The notes beneath the pieces are model-generated. The model ran no database searches. It saw only the letters and a list, made by a program, of their open reading frames with translations, and was not told where the DNA came from. Position numbers and translations under genes: made by a program. Positions 1 to 12,417 of a DNA stretch of 64,000 nucleotides are shown here, one piece after another (the first letter of the stretch is position 1; each line of letters starts with the position of its first letter). The stretch comes from Callorhinchus milii (taxonomy: Eukaryota). The stretch spans positions 28,460,001-28,524,000 of the forward strand of contig NW_024704742.1 of NCBI RefSeq assembly GCF_018977255.1. The letters run 5' to 3'.

Positions 1-180
1 GACTAGGCATTTTGCAGGTGAATGTGGCAGCCAATTTGCACAGAGCAATGTCGCACAACAACCATGAACCAATTTCATTTGGGGGAATTGTTAGCCAGGT
101 CATCAGAAGAAATTCCCTTTTTTTTTGAATAATGCCATGAATGTTCTTGAGTGTCTACCTGACAGGCAGATGAGACCTTA
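1..180 (-). mobile_element. Deu-core SINE (family B, SacSINE1/AmnSINE1-like) fragment
   Basis: Reverse-strand core 'gtggcagccaatttgcacag...ccaggtcatcagaagaaattcccttt...aatgccatg...gacaggcagatgagacc' matches the near-full copy at 14578-15000. Confidence 0.75.
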
Positions 181-1684
181 GAAACAAAGTTATCTACAGA
201 CAGAAGGAGGCCATTTGGCCCATTAAGTCTGCTCCAGCTCACAGAAGAAGGAGATCAATTCACACCGACCACCTCACCTTCTCCCTATATCCCTTCAAGC
301 CCCTCTCTCTAATAGGACAGAATATTATCACAGCATTATGCTATTTATAACATAGTGCTGGGATGTCAAAATAAGCGTTGAATTTTGCCAGGTCAATGCA
401 CTCCAACTTTAACTTTTAATTATGGAGTCAGATTGTTTGCATGTGGAATTAACTGAAGATTTATTGCATGCCGCTGAAGTTAAATGCCTAAAAAATCTTC
501 ACATATAATTTATGTTGAATGTATTATTTGTTAGTAAGTACAGCAGCCAGTTTACTCACATCACGATAACACAAACAGATGAAATGAATGACCACATTAT
601 CTGGAGGATTGTTGGCCAAGATACCTTTTGAATAATAAGATGGGACGGTTAATGTCCACATGAATGAGTAGATGAGACTTTGGATAATGCCTCATCTGAG
701 GAAAGATTAGTAGATCAGGAATTGAGAAAAACAGCCCTTTTACAATGCTACAGTGGGCTGTATTAAAATGCACTTCTGTACAGCGTGATTTGGCTATAAT
801 GCAATTGCAGCATGGACCTCATTCAGTGCGATGTGCTGATCCGACCCATTCATCTCCATTGCCCAACAGGCTTTCATGCTAAAAGGGTCACTGCCTATAT
901 CACTTTGGGTGTGCTGCGCATGCACAAGGCAGGAAGTAATGTTTGTGGTGACCGGATTACCCAAAATTTTAGTTTCCTATGATAAAATAAAGTTAGCGCA
1001 TTATGTGTTGTGCAGCAACAGAAAGCTATGTCAGCAACCCAGTTGCCAGCCATTTTCTTTTAGCTCAGGCACGCAGGAAACAATCTTTACAGTGTAGCCT
1101 GTGAAGCGCTTCAAGACATCTCAACAGAGTGGTAAGGTGCTGTATCAAATGCAAAAGTTATACTGTATTGTAGAAAACGAGTAGCAATAAAATTTTGGGG
1201 CTAACCGGTTATCTGAAATATGCAGAAACCCATCTCTGTGCTTCAGAATCTCCAAATCAATCTGCTGAGAGTTCCACATTTGTACCATTTCTGAGTAGCA
1301 AGTGGCAGAATCTGTGTTTGTGCTTGACTGATGTGTGTTCTACATCTTTTAGGGTACACCACACATTCACAGGCTTCAACATCCTGAAAAAAACAATTAG
1401 GGGTCTGTTGTCACCACCACCAATCCTGACAAGGAAATGAACGTTATGAGTGAAAAATGTGAAATATGATGTGATAATTATCACCAGGGATAATAACATC
1501 ACATGCCTTTTTCAGCCCATTGTGAATAGTACCACTTTAACACTACTCTTTTATATCCAGTTGATACTTTACAAAGGCTGTATTTTCTCTAAATCAGATG
1601 GTCCAGTGCCCCCACACACAGGAATTCTGGCTTATTGATGGAAAGTCTATGTCTGTGTATTCACACCATCTCCTTCAACAACAT

Positions 1685-1890
1685 AATAATAATACTTTGC
1701 ATTAATTTCACATTGGGAGGATGTTTCAAAGCACTTCACAGGATTTCGTATAAAGTGACGGTGTATTTTGTAGGTCAATGTGGCAGCCAGTTTGCACGCA
1801 GCATTGTTCCACAAACAGCCATGAAGTGAAAGACTAATTTTATCTGGGGGTTTGTTTACCAGGACACCAGGAGAAACTCCCAGTATCACT
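1685..1890 (-). mobile_element. Family B SINE, 3' half
   Basis: (TAA) tail, 'ttgcat...tttcacattgggaggatgtttcaaagcacttcaca', then 'ggcagccagtttgcacgcagca' and 'caggacaccaggagaaactccc'. Confidence 0.75.
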
Positions 1891-3057
1891 GACCATGTAT
1901 TATGATGACGCAAAGATATTTGGTCATAATATGAAGTAGCACTGGAGTTTGTCCAGCTTGCGGAGAATTCGACCTCCCCTCTACCTTCAAAAGGCACCTT
2001 AAGACCTATCATTCCCATTGTACCTTTGGTCACTTTCCCCGTTCCCAAACCCCTAGCTCAGGCTTCCCATCAACTTTGTGAAGTGCTTCGAGACATCCTC
2101 CTGACTTGAAAAGCACTATATAAATATAAATCATTGTTGTGTTCGGGCATGGTTTCTGAACTGCTGAGACCGCGAATGTCGAGGAAGGCTGCTGGCCAGG
2201 CTGAAGCATGTGGATTAGTGATTTACTTTTTTGTAGGGCCCGTAGTAAAACTTTGGAGAACCTTTTCTCAAGCAATGAATCGGTTTGACAAAGGAACAGG
2301 ATGAGTCTGATAGAGCAAATCGAATGTGTTCTGTGGAAGTTTTGGTCTCAATGGGCTCATTTTTTCCTGGGTTTGATTGTTTCCTGTAACTGAAAGCTCA
2401 TTGTGATCAAATCTAGGGTATCAAAGTGATCAAGTCCACTCGACACTTTGTGTGAGCATATATATATATTATCATTTCAAGTGTATCTGATTTCAGTGCA
2501 TGCAAAACCTGTGCTCTTCTGTAACTGGAATTTGCTCAGCTATTCAAGGTAATACAATACAATTGATATTTATATAATGCTTTTCATGTTGGAAGAACTT
2601 CACAGCACTGGCTAGGGGTTACGGGAGGGGAAGTGGTAATGCAGTAAAGTTCTATATTGCACTCGCTATATCGACTGACTTTGTAGAGAAGATTCTGCTC
2701 TGTGAGCAATTCTTGTACTGCAATATTTCTTAGATAATCTTGGTTCAGTGATTTTCACAAATCTGTCCCAGTACTCTTATAAATAACTCATGTCATTTCA
2801 AAGGTTATTTTCCATCTATAACATCATGTTATTCACAGTTTAAAATTACTTCAGAGTTATTTATAAGCACAAAGAGCACATAGACTAACTGTTCCCAATA
2901 AGCATTTAACACTGCCACGCGCCACAGAGCAGAAATTCTTTGATTTCTCATACCATCACTCCCTCAACTTGATCAGTACACCCATGTATAAATCAAAACC
3001 AACTTTGGTGTGCACACCTGTAAAATAAATATTAAATTACTTTATATCAAAGGAAAG

Positions 3058-3347
3058 GAAACCTTAGGCAAGTTTCCTTATTCTATACGCATCTGATTAC
3101 CTAGCACTAAGTAGGAACCCAGTTATTAGACGTTTACTGGATCGCTTTCCAGGGTAATAATCCTCCTCCTTCNAAAAAAAATGTTTTGGGTCACTCAATC
3201 CACGAGTGTTTGTGGGACACTCCTGTCTGCAATTGACTGCTGCATTTCACCTACAAAATACACAATCAGTGCACTTTACAATATATTCTGTGAAGCACTT
3301 GAGATGTCTCAACAACGTGATAAGGCTTAAAAGGATTATTATTATTA
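3058..3347 (+). mobile_element. tRNA-derived SINE family A (long form), 5'-truncated
   Basis: 'ggcaagtttcctta...tacctagcactaagtaggaaccc...gtttgtgggacac...ggattattattatta' is colinear with full copies at 18722 and 31420. Confidence 0.85.
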
Positions 3348-3889
3348 GGGTTTTTTGTCAAGTTTCAGCATTGATGCGTTTTTGCAAAAGAATTGAGCAA
3401 GTTATAGAAAAATCTACATATTAAAAATGTAGTGCTAACTTCAGCAAGGATTATTTTTTGACTTGTCCATCATCAGTCACAGTGCTCTTGTTGGAAACAT
3501 TTATCCGTGAAAGTCTAAGGAAGGTATGCATTTTACATTAGGAGTGTTGTCTGCAGCCTTTCTCCTGCTCGGCAGGGAGCAGAAGCAGGGTAAAGTAAGG
3601 TTGGATTGAAACACAGGGTCTATTCAAGACAGTTTATGTTTTGGAGTGGTGTCGTGATAAAATATTGAAGATCAAAGCTTGGAACATTAGCGATGCAACT
3701 GATCCCCACCACCATAGCCAGGCCACTCTCCTATTTGCCTCTGAGAGAGAATGATTCAAGGAATTCACAATAGCAGGGGAAATGTGGCACATTTCAGCAG
3801 GATTGTTACAATTTCACATCCATAGGATATAATAGGAATAGATTAAGAGGTCAGTGAAGTTTGCCCTCGTTGTGGTGCTCCTCACAATA

Positions 3890-4064
3890 GCACTATCTCG
3901 GGTCCAATGAGTGATGGTTGGTTTCCAAAGTTTTCTTTGATCTTGCTGCACCAGATGTCTGGCGCGAGCAGATCAAAGAAACAATTGAGATCAAACCAGC
4001 GGTTGCACTGTAACACAGATAGTAGATATAATAGCTTCAATTGTTTTAAAATCTCAGACATAAG
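3890..4064. repeat. Imperfect palindrome, Eulor-like (recalled resemblance to Eulor1) ancient hairpin repeat
   Basis: Arms tttctttgatc-t-tgct-gca-ccaga / tctgg-cgc-g-agca-gatcaaagaaa centred at 3956/3957; outer actatct (3892) and agatagt (4017-4023) lie roughly symmetrically. The family name comes from memory. Confidence 0.7.
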
Positions 4065-4360
4065 AGGTTTTTTTTAAAATAAGACCTACAAGGTTAATAG
4101 ACATGGACATGAGTGGTTTTTCAAAAGGAAACCAGCAAAGCCACCTCTCGTGAACAGTAAGAAAGTTGGCGGAGGAGAACTTTTCAAGTGAAAATTTGGA
4201 TTGAGAACAGTGTGCAATAGCAACATTTCAGGAGTAATGTTACATATTAACATTTTACTACTTCTGTCACTGTAGGAGAGGGAGGTCTAGCAAAGGGTAT
4301 TTGTACCCCAATGGATGAATTCAAGATCCGCATCTTCACATTCAAATCCCTCCACGCCCT

Positions 4361-5064
4361 TGTTAGAATTTACACTTTTTGTATAATGTTAGAATCATAA
4401 TAGATGTTGCGAACTGGTTAACTTTTAAGTTAAGTGTGTTGTGGGCAGCTGGACTGAAACTCAAGGACAGTTTGTTTGTGTGTGTGAGGCACGTACACCC
4501 CATGAGGTGTTCACATGAACCCGGCATGATTTCGACCGGGTGATCTAATATCCGCACCATGATTGGATGAATATTGGTATAAGAGTTCCGATAACTTTGT
4601 GTACGGGGCCGTCCCGGGTCGCGGAGACAAGGATACGGGAGATGGAGCCGTCCCGGGTCGCGGAGACAAGGATACGGGAGATGGAGCCTTCCCGGGTTGC
4701 GGAGACAAGGATACGGGAGATGGACCGTCCCGGGCTGCGGAGACAAGGCTACGGAGATGGAAGACTAAGAGCTAGAAACACTAAGACTGAGGATATCAGA
4801 TGGAAGATTGAAAGCTGTAAGCAAGAAGACTGAAAGCATGAAGAATCAAGCTTGTGTGCTGGAAAGACACAGTGTTGAACTCTTGAACTCGAGATATCTA
4901 TAGTGGTGTTATTCTGTTATAAGATCTGTTGATTGTACCGGCCTTTGGTCTGACCCATCGGGATATTGGGGAATAACGAACAAATTATAATAAAACAGTC
5001 TGATATCTGGTTAGAGGAATTAGCGTTATTTCCTTGCAGATTTGGCTGATTTTATTTTCTAACA
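4361..5064 (+). mobile_element. Solo LTR (704 bp; Gypsy- or ERV1-type by 4-bp TSD)
   Basis: Begins TGTTAGAA and ends TTCTAACA (8-bp inverted termini, TG..CA); flanked by CCCT direct repeats (4357-4360, 5065-5068); AATAAA at 4989-4994 suggests + orientation. Confidence 0.85.
4608..4761 (+). repeat. 39-bp tandem repeat, about 4 copies, inside the LTR
   Basis: Unit gccgtcccgggtcgcggagacaaggatacgggagatgga; explains the 13-aa periodic ORFs (GAVPGRGDKDTGD). Confidence 0.95.
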
Positions 5065-6309
5065 CCCTTGCCCCATCCTATGTTTGCAACCTCCTTCAGC
5101 CCTACCAAACCTTTGCTCAGGAAATACCAGTCTGCTTCATGCCCCTTGTCCTGTCCACCCCACTATCAATTAGGCGAACCTTCAGCCATTCTACACCTCT
5201 TCTCTGTAATCCCATCCCTGATTTCTTCTGACTTGTCCCGCTCTCCACACTTTCAAAGCCCACCTCAAGACTTAATTCTTTGATTGCACTTGTGGGCATC
5301 TTTCCTCCCTGTGCCCTCTCACCACATCCCTGTTGCCAGTTCAGGTGCTCAGCCAACCATGTAAAGTGCTTTAAAGCTGTGCTTTGAAGTGCTGTGAAGT
5401 GCTCTGGAGCTACCCTGTGGGAAGGATGCTATATAAATGAAAGTTGTTGTTGTTTGAGATATATTCCCGATATGAAAAGTGCTGTATGAATGCAAATTGT
5501 ATTGTCTCTACCTGTGTCTCTGTCTGTCTATAGAATGATGTGAATGGGTGTTTGATGATCTGATCCTATCTATCCCTAGAATGATTATTAAATGTTTTAA
5601 TGAATCAGCTTCATACGTGTTGTCAACGTCAAGGCACCAAAGATAGAGTAGCTGGGCCAAGTGCTCTGCCATATCACTCTATGTTGCAGAAGGGTAGACT
5701 AGACTGGTTCTGCATTCCATATTTGAGGAGGTCATCACTATGCACAACTTATAACTCACTTGTTCTATTCCATATTTAGTCAATCGTACAATGCTGTTTT
5801 TCTGGGAGCCAGTTGGGTGTCAGACACATGCAGAAACCCATCACCATGCTTAGGAGTATCCAGTCCAAACTGAGAGTTCTGTGTATGCCACCTATACATG
5901 GAAATTCCCGTGTCTGGATTTATGACCAGTTTAGAGTTAGCCTCGTTAATGGAGGATCCCACTAGTGCTGGTGAAGCATAAAAGTAAACACTCTTATAAA
6001 AGATAAATGTTCATCAGTGAATGACCTTCCCTTTCAGGTCTCTAGTCTTAATATTGATTTCAACAACTTCATAGCTGAGCAATGTTTTGCTATTTTTCAC
6101 TGTGTCAATACAGTTGTTTTACTTTCTGTTTGTTTAACCTTTTCTAATACTTCCCTGCTGCCTGTGATTACCTTTGTATCATCTACTGCATTCTAATAAC
6201 ATCCAGCATTTCAGTACGTTAAACTCATGTTGTCTAAGCTGACACTCCAATACAATGCTGAGGGGGTGACCATTGTTGGAGGTGCTGTCCTTTGGATACG
6301 ATGTTAAAC

Positions 6310-6535
6310 TGCATTTATTATAGCACTGAACTGTGGTGTTGTTGTCTAGGACTCTGGGAGAACCTCTTCTCTTTTCGAACAGTGCCATTCAGTCTTAAAT
6401 GTCTGCGTGACAGGCAGATGGATCCTTGGTCTTTGGTTTAATGTCTCACCTGTAAGATGGCACCTCTGCTCTCACTCAGCATTGCACTGGAGTGTCAATC
6501 TGGGTTATTATCTCTAAGTCTTGATGCTGGACTCA
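6310..6535 (-). mobile_element. Family B SINE fragment
   Basis: 'ctcttcttttcgaacagtgccat...gacaggcagatg...tttaatgtctcacctgtaagatggcacctc...gcattgcactggagtgtcaatct'. Confidence 0.7.
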
Positions 6536-6727
6536 CACTTCTAGAGCACAAACCATACTGTTTTCCATTGCATCTACCAGATGTTTCTTAATTAAGTCCA
6601 GGATCCAGCCCTCCTTTCGCACTTCTTCGTAACCCATTTATGTTATTGCGACTGCCTTTGGTTTTTTGGTCAGCCCTATCCTGAGGGTCTTTCTCGAGGT
6701 TAAAGTTTCCAGTCCAGGTGACCATAA

Positions 6728-6915
6728 CAACATAAGAAACGCTAGACAAAAAAAGACCAAGGTCCATCTGGTTCAGCTTCCATCTTCCTGGCGGTCACAT
6801 ACACATATGTCCCAAAGTACCTATATACTATATCCCATAATGTTATTTCCTAAAACTATCTAATCTGTGTCTGAAAGAATCAACAATTCCTGCTTCAACT
6901 GTCTCCCGAGGGAGA
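6728..6915 (-). mobile_element. CR1 LINE 3' end
   Basis: Reverse complement of the CR1 end at 52790-52989 ('aacataagaa...agaccaaggtccatc...gaatcaaca...tgcttcaactgtctccc'). Confidence 0.75.
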
Positions 6916-7035
6916 TGAAAGGTTCTATTTCAGATGCTGCTTGATCTGCCTTTTTTCTGCTCTCATTTCAGATTATCAGCCATCACAGTCTCTGTTCCTT
7001 TCAAAAGATCCATTGTAATCAGGTGGCTTTCTATG

Positions 7036-7224
7036 CTTCACCCTCTGGGAACTGAGTTGCGTGTTGCTCAACGGAGAGAGATGAAAGTTTTCTCTGCTTC
7101 CATTTGACCTCCCTGTTTACTGTTAAGATTCTATGTGCAATGAGTGGAATTGGTCTCAACCCAGCTTTTAGTGGACATGTGTTCATACATGCACTGCATA
7201 ATTCAGCAGAAATTGGAAATCCTT
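7036..7224 (+). mobile_element. LF-SINE-like element
   Basis: 'ctatgtgcaatgagtggaattggtctcaacccagcttttagtggacatgtg...cataattcagcagaaattgg' resembles the LF-SINE core as I recall it; related copy at 57296-57480. Confidence 0.6.
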
Positions 7225-9367
7225 CCAAAAGGTCATCGTTAAGGCAAAATAAAAGGAGCTTTTGGTCATGTTCGATTTGGTCTCACAGTGTGGATGCTGA
7301 CACTGGGTGATCAAAAATGTTTCATTTCTCACCCACTGATACCCACCCACATGACAAGTAAAATAATTCACCGAATGGTACTCAACAAAAGACTCTGTGG
7401 ATTTAATGGGATGAAAATTGTGATCTGATAATTATATCAATTAGCAATTGCAGTCGAATCAGCCAATAACTAAAGACTGGCCTCAGATGTGAATCCCCAT
7501 CCCTGACTGCTGGTTTGTGATTGTGCCTGAAGCTAGCTTGAAGATGGCTTAATGGACACCATTGCATTGATGCTTAGCAGTGCCACATCACAGCTTATTT
7601 CAGACTGGTATAAAATTAATAATGAACAGTAATAAACTTGCATTTAAAATAGCGTATTTTATGTGGGGAGGGTGGGTGGGGTGGTGATATCTCAAAGCAT
7701 TTGGCAGTATTTACTGTAGTATGAAGTGACTGTAGGCGTGGACTAGTTGGTTGAAATGGTCTGCTTTGGTGCTGTAGATTCTGTGTAATATTGAAATCAA
7801 CACTGTTGCTGGCATAGATTAGCTGTCATGTTTGCCTGTATAACTGTCGCTTTCATTGCAAGTCAGTTATATTTTATAATCCAGACATTTATTTTACATG
7901 AAAGGCTCCCAATAAATACAAGTGCTTAGTTTCATTATTATTATTCCATTCAGATAATGGATTTTAAGTTCTTGTTGGATACTGTCTTTCAGAAGAATTA
8001 TGACATACTAACAAATTGCCAAGGGTAAATGAGGAAATTATTGGGCAGAATTTTAGATAAAATTGATTTTTAACTTTGGACATTCTTGTGACAGGATACA
8101 GCTTGCAAAATGCTAGATGTCTTCCCCACCCTGACTGTAAAAACTATTTGTGATATTACTATAGTAAAAATCTCAAAAGGAAAGCCATATTGGCTGTGCA
8201 GACAGGAGCAGGTACAGACAGTGATGGCAGCAGGAGACAGAGATTTATTGGGCATAAGATGACATTTGACACTGTTAGGCTTTTTCTTATGAATCGAAGT
8301 TCACTTAGTTACAGTAATCTGGAAGCACACAGCTTCATTGATCAATAGGTGATGCGCTGCATCCTGACTGTGAGAGATACAGATAACTTCAAGTCAACGT
8401 TGATGATGCTGGGCTACATAAACATTAATGAGGTCAAGGAACTGGTGATAAATAATAGACCTGCACAGGCAAGTGACCACACTGAGATACTGAATGGAAC
8501 TGTCATATTGTGAGACAACTTGCGTTACAGCAAAGGCAGGGTGATATTATGTGAGTGACACCAGAACTAACCATACATAAATTATGATGCAGTAAACTGT
8601 CCCCAGTCAGCTAGTTGCTCACGTTCACATAAATAAAAGTTGTTCAGGGAAACAGTTTTCGTGTTGGAAACATAGGATTAAATTTTTCACAAGTGTAATA
8701 CAGAAATACTATATTCATGTTTGATCAATACTCTCGGGGACAGAACTTGATTTACGTTGCGGCCATTTCCGACCTCTGCAAACAGTTTTCCTGTTAATCA
8801 TTGTGGGATTTGATGAGTAAAATTGCTGATACATGACACAGATGTAAATCAAAGCCTTTTCTTTTAAAATCACACAAAACACTTTTCCTGAAGCTACTTT
8901 GAAGAACTGTACAAGCAGTCTATTTTAGGGACACGGTTTATGTGGGTTATCAACAACAACAGCAACTTGTAGTTTTATAGCACCCTTCAAGTTATCGATT
9001 ATGTTGGAGAAGTAATATGTGTTATATGAAAGGTCATGGTGTCAGAACCTGTATTTAAGTCGGTGAACATCATTTTTTTTTCATATTATCTTTTTATTGA
9101 TGCCCCACATTTGCCTTCTGACACTATGGTTCAAGGGCAGGTAAGAATAGTAAGGATTTTACTTCAGTATTGGTATCGTTCCAGCTCTGTAATCAGCAGT
9201 CACAAGGTGCTAAAGTGCAGTAGGATCTGATTCTGGCAGCATTTTTTGACCCCTTCCTTTAAATAACCCAAACATGCTCTTTTGAGAGTGGAATTGTTTA
9301 CGCAAACTGTTGGTATATAAATATTGACAATTATTTCTTCTGAAACTTTTGAGTTCAAGGTGCCAAT

Positions 9368-9435
9368 GTGAGGCTTGAACTCACAACCTTCTGAGTCCGA
9401 GGCGAGAGTGTTACCAACTGAGCCGGGCTGACATC
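9368..9435 (-). mobile_element. tRNA-like head of a family B SINE
   Basis: Minus strand reads gatgtcagcccggctcagttggtaacactctcgcctcggactcagaaggttgtgagttcaagcc (A and B boxes); same head as 14930-15000 and 42300-42347. Confidence 0.7.
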
Positions 9436-11464
9436 TAATAGTAATGTTATAATGATGTTGCCTTATATTGTAACCCAGGCTTAACTATCATTAGTGTTGC
9501 AAATACATATTGTTACATTAATATCTCTTTGCTCGGAGCAAAGTGTGATTGGTGCTATATAAAAATGCAAGTTGTTGTGGTTGTTGCTCCACCCCAGTTG
9601 TTGGACACAAGTCTCTAGATATCCAGGCAGTATCACAAGGATATCAAACATTGGAAGTATGGGTGCTGCTGTATTATTTTGAATCAAAGTTTCAATTTCC
9701 TTAAAGCACCAACAATCCCTGAAGCATTTTTCAAAAACATGCAAAATGCAAAATAAGCTTTTATCTTCCTTTCACCTTGTGCCAAAAGGAACACTGACCT
9801 GCAAAAATGGAGGATAATTCAGAACTTATTTATTGATGCCTTAATGTATTTGTGTAAAAAAATTAAGTGCTGCTCCTAAAACAGGGTGTCTTTGTTATAA
9901 GAATCTCAATGACGAAATGGTCCAACTTCATAAATAGGTTCAGTAGAGAAAGTAACATCCAAAGTACATCATAGTTTCTGGAATAATTTAATTTTTATCC
10001 CTTGATAGGAGGAGCTGAATTATCGTTGGTCGATCCATTGTTAAATTAAATTGTGCGGAAATCTGCATTGATATTCCCCATTAAGTACAATTGTCATTGT
10101 TAAAAATGGCAGAGATATTTCATCGAGATAAAGCTGCAGACTGATACCATTTTTTCATTTTAACTGTCAGTGGGTATCTTTTTCTATTATATGCCTGTGT
10201 TTCATTTAATTGTATGAAAACCTTATACAGTATAACCCCAAGAGTCAATCTTCAATTCCTTGATCACATTTGTTAGCTTAGCCAATATCTCTGTCCTCAA
10301 TAATATTCATGTCATACATCCCCAAGTGGAAAGTGGGTCTCAGGCACCTCCTAGTCACACTACATATCTGAGCATTGCTTTTGACTGATCCTGTGGGATC
10401 AATGAGTTCTATGGGCTCTACTAGACAATTTCCATATGCTCAAAAAGGTGCAATCGTTGAGCCATAGTTATCAAATTATAGTTCAATAGTTTAGAGCCGC
10501 AATATCCCCAGGTTATTTTGTTCTCTGTGCTGCCTTGTTTTGAGGCTTACAAAGTCATTTCTCTGTTCTCTTTTCAAAATAATGTCATGGGATCTTTATC
10601 GTCCATCTGAGCAGACATGAACTCATTTTAAGGTCGTATGCAAGAGTTGATTCCTCTGCAGGTTCTTGTTCAATTCTTTTTTTAAATCCCCTCATTTGAC
10701 TACGGTCTACCAGAGACCCCTGAGAAATTATTCCTTGCCCTGACAGCCCTCTGGGAGAAGAACTTCTTCTGAATATCTCCTGTTACTTCCATAGTCACAA
10801 TCTTGTAATCATGTCATCTTGTCCTTGAATCCCTTATCAGTGGTAAAGCACTTAAGAAGATACCAAGTGGAGAGATACAAAAAATATCCTATGGTACCCT
10901 TGTTTCTCCAGATAAATATATTTGGTTGGGGTACATTCCTGCACAACTGGAGTGCCAGACGTCCAGTCTCTTCCATTTCAAGGAAAGAGACAAATGTAAA
11001 AGCCAAACTATCAGATGTATCCCAGGGGAAATCTGTCAAATAGGGGTCAGGTTGCAAAGTACTTTTTATTTCTTTATGGTCTTGTGGGTCTTATATTTGA
11101 GTAATGATTTTTATGTGCTTTTCTTAAATGTGAATTACTGTAAATAATAAATAACTACTTATGAGACACTTAACAGACATAATTTATTATTTAACAAATA
11201 GCAATCTCAATTGCAGTGGTTTTCCACAGCAGACAGAAACATGTTGAAAGCAATAGAGGGATATATAGGAATATTTGGTGGAATTGCCACACGGAATATG
11301 GGATTTCTTTGATGGTCCAGGTGACTGTTTGAAGGCAGATTGATAGGGTTCAAATGGTGGCATTTAAAGAGCTCTGGACAAATTAAAAGAATGATGTAAG
11401 GAATGACAGATATGGATTTTGATGTGGAGCAGTGTTAGGTAATGGAGCTTGAAGCAAGAACTCT

Positions 11465-12060
11465 AAAGAAATGTACACAATGAATGGGTGTTCATTAACC
11501 AAGGTAGGTACAGGAAAAGATTTGGATGTGATTATTGATCAATCATTGAAAATGTCCTGTTGATGGGAAGCTTTTTTAGGAAGACAAATTAAGTAATTCA
11601 AAACATTTTAAAGGTATTTAATTATATGTCAAACAGCCTATTTTAACCAGTGAGGCCACATTTGGAAAACTGGGCCGTTTTGGGGCAACGAAAGGACAAT
11701 GACACATCAGGAAGGTTCAGAGAAAAGTGACAAGGTTGGTTGTGAGATTCAGAGCTTCATGTTGTGAAGTGGAACTTACAGAATTAAACTAGTTTTCATT
11801 GAAAAAAGATATGATCAAAAGAAAACTTAGTCCAAGTCTTTTGAATCCTGAAAGGTCTGTGTATTGTGCATGTAAGCAAATTATTTAGCTTAAACTGTTG
11901 TTATAGAACTAAAGGACACAAATAAATAATTAACAAGCCTCATGCAAGACTACAGATTCAAACACAGTTTATTCCCTACTTACAATAAATAAGTACCTGG
12001 AATGACTCATGTCAACAAAAGCTCTTTTGAATTGGAGATAAACAAATATAAGGGTGTTGA
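11465..12060 (+). mobile_element. Decayed CR1 LINE, ORF2 C-terminal region
   Basis: Frameshifted motifs YTMNG..L, KDLDVII..SLKMS, VRPHLE, KVQRKVTRLV, RTKGH, typical of the CR1 post-RT region. Confidence 0.7.
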
Positions 12061-12114
12061 AATTTCAGTATTGTATCTCTTAATTATTGTTGGGGACACT
12101 TAAATAATAACAAA

Positions 12115-12417
12115 ATAATATAATCCTTGTATTTGATATAGCGCTTTTCACATCTTCTAGACTTCTCAAACTACTTCACAGAATATACTGTAAAGTGAAT
12201 TAACCTTATATTTTGTGGGCAAAATGCAGCAGTCAATTGCGCACAGCAGTGCCCCACCAACAGTCAGTGGATTGAGTGAACAATTTTTTTTATCTTGAGG
12301 GATTATTATCAGGCGTGTGGAGTAAGAAAACTTGCCCAAGGTTTCACCCTGTCGAGAATCTAACCCAGGTCTCTCACTGGGGAGGCGAGTGCTCTAACCA
12401 CTGAGCTACAGGATTCC
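12115..12417 (-). mobile_element. SINE family A, short (internally deleted) form, full length
   Basis: Ends 'aaccactgagctacaggattcc' (head); 'gattattatcaggcgtgtggagt' shows the deletion junction; (TAA) tail at the left. Confidence 0.9.

Larger units (their letters stand above)
4310..5452 (+). mobile_element. L2 LINE 3' fragment split by an LTR insertion
   Basis: Removing the LTR and one TSD copy restores FKIRIFTFKSLHALAPSYVCNLLQPY, like LKILVLTLKALHGLAPPYLCNLL of the L2 at 38254-38850; ends 'gctatataaatgaaagttgttgttg'. Confidence 0.85.

Noticed and set aside
749..830. Tigger/pogo-like MITE terminus (also 17710-17733)
   Set aside because: TACAG-start ends are suggestive, but I could not pair TIRs or define element boundaries.
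1647..2048. 133-aa ORF
   Set aside because: Most of it runs through a family B SINE and decayed repeat sequence.
4608..4761. CRISPR-like array or repeat-protein ORFs (4363-4746, 4563-4775, 4567-4833)
   Set aside because: Units are contiguous with no unique spacers, there are no cas genes, and the context is a eukaryotic LTR; the ORFs arise from a GC-rich 39-bp period.
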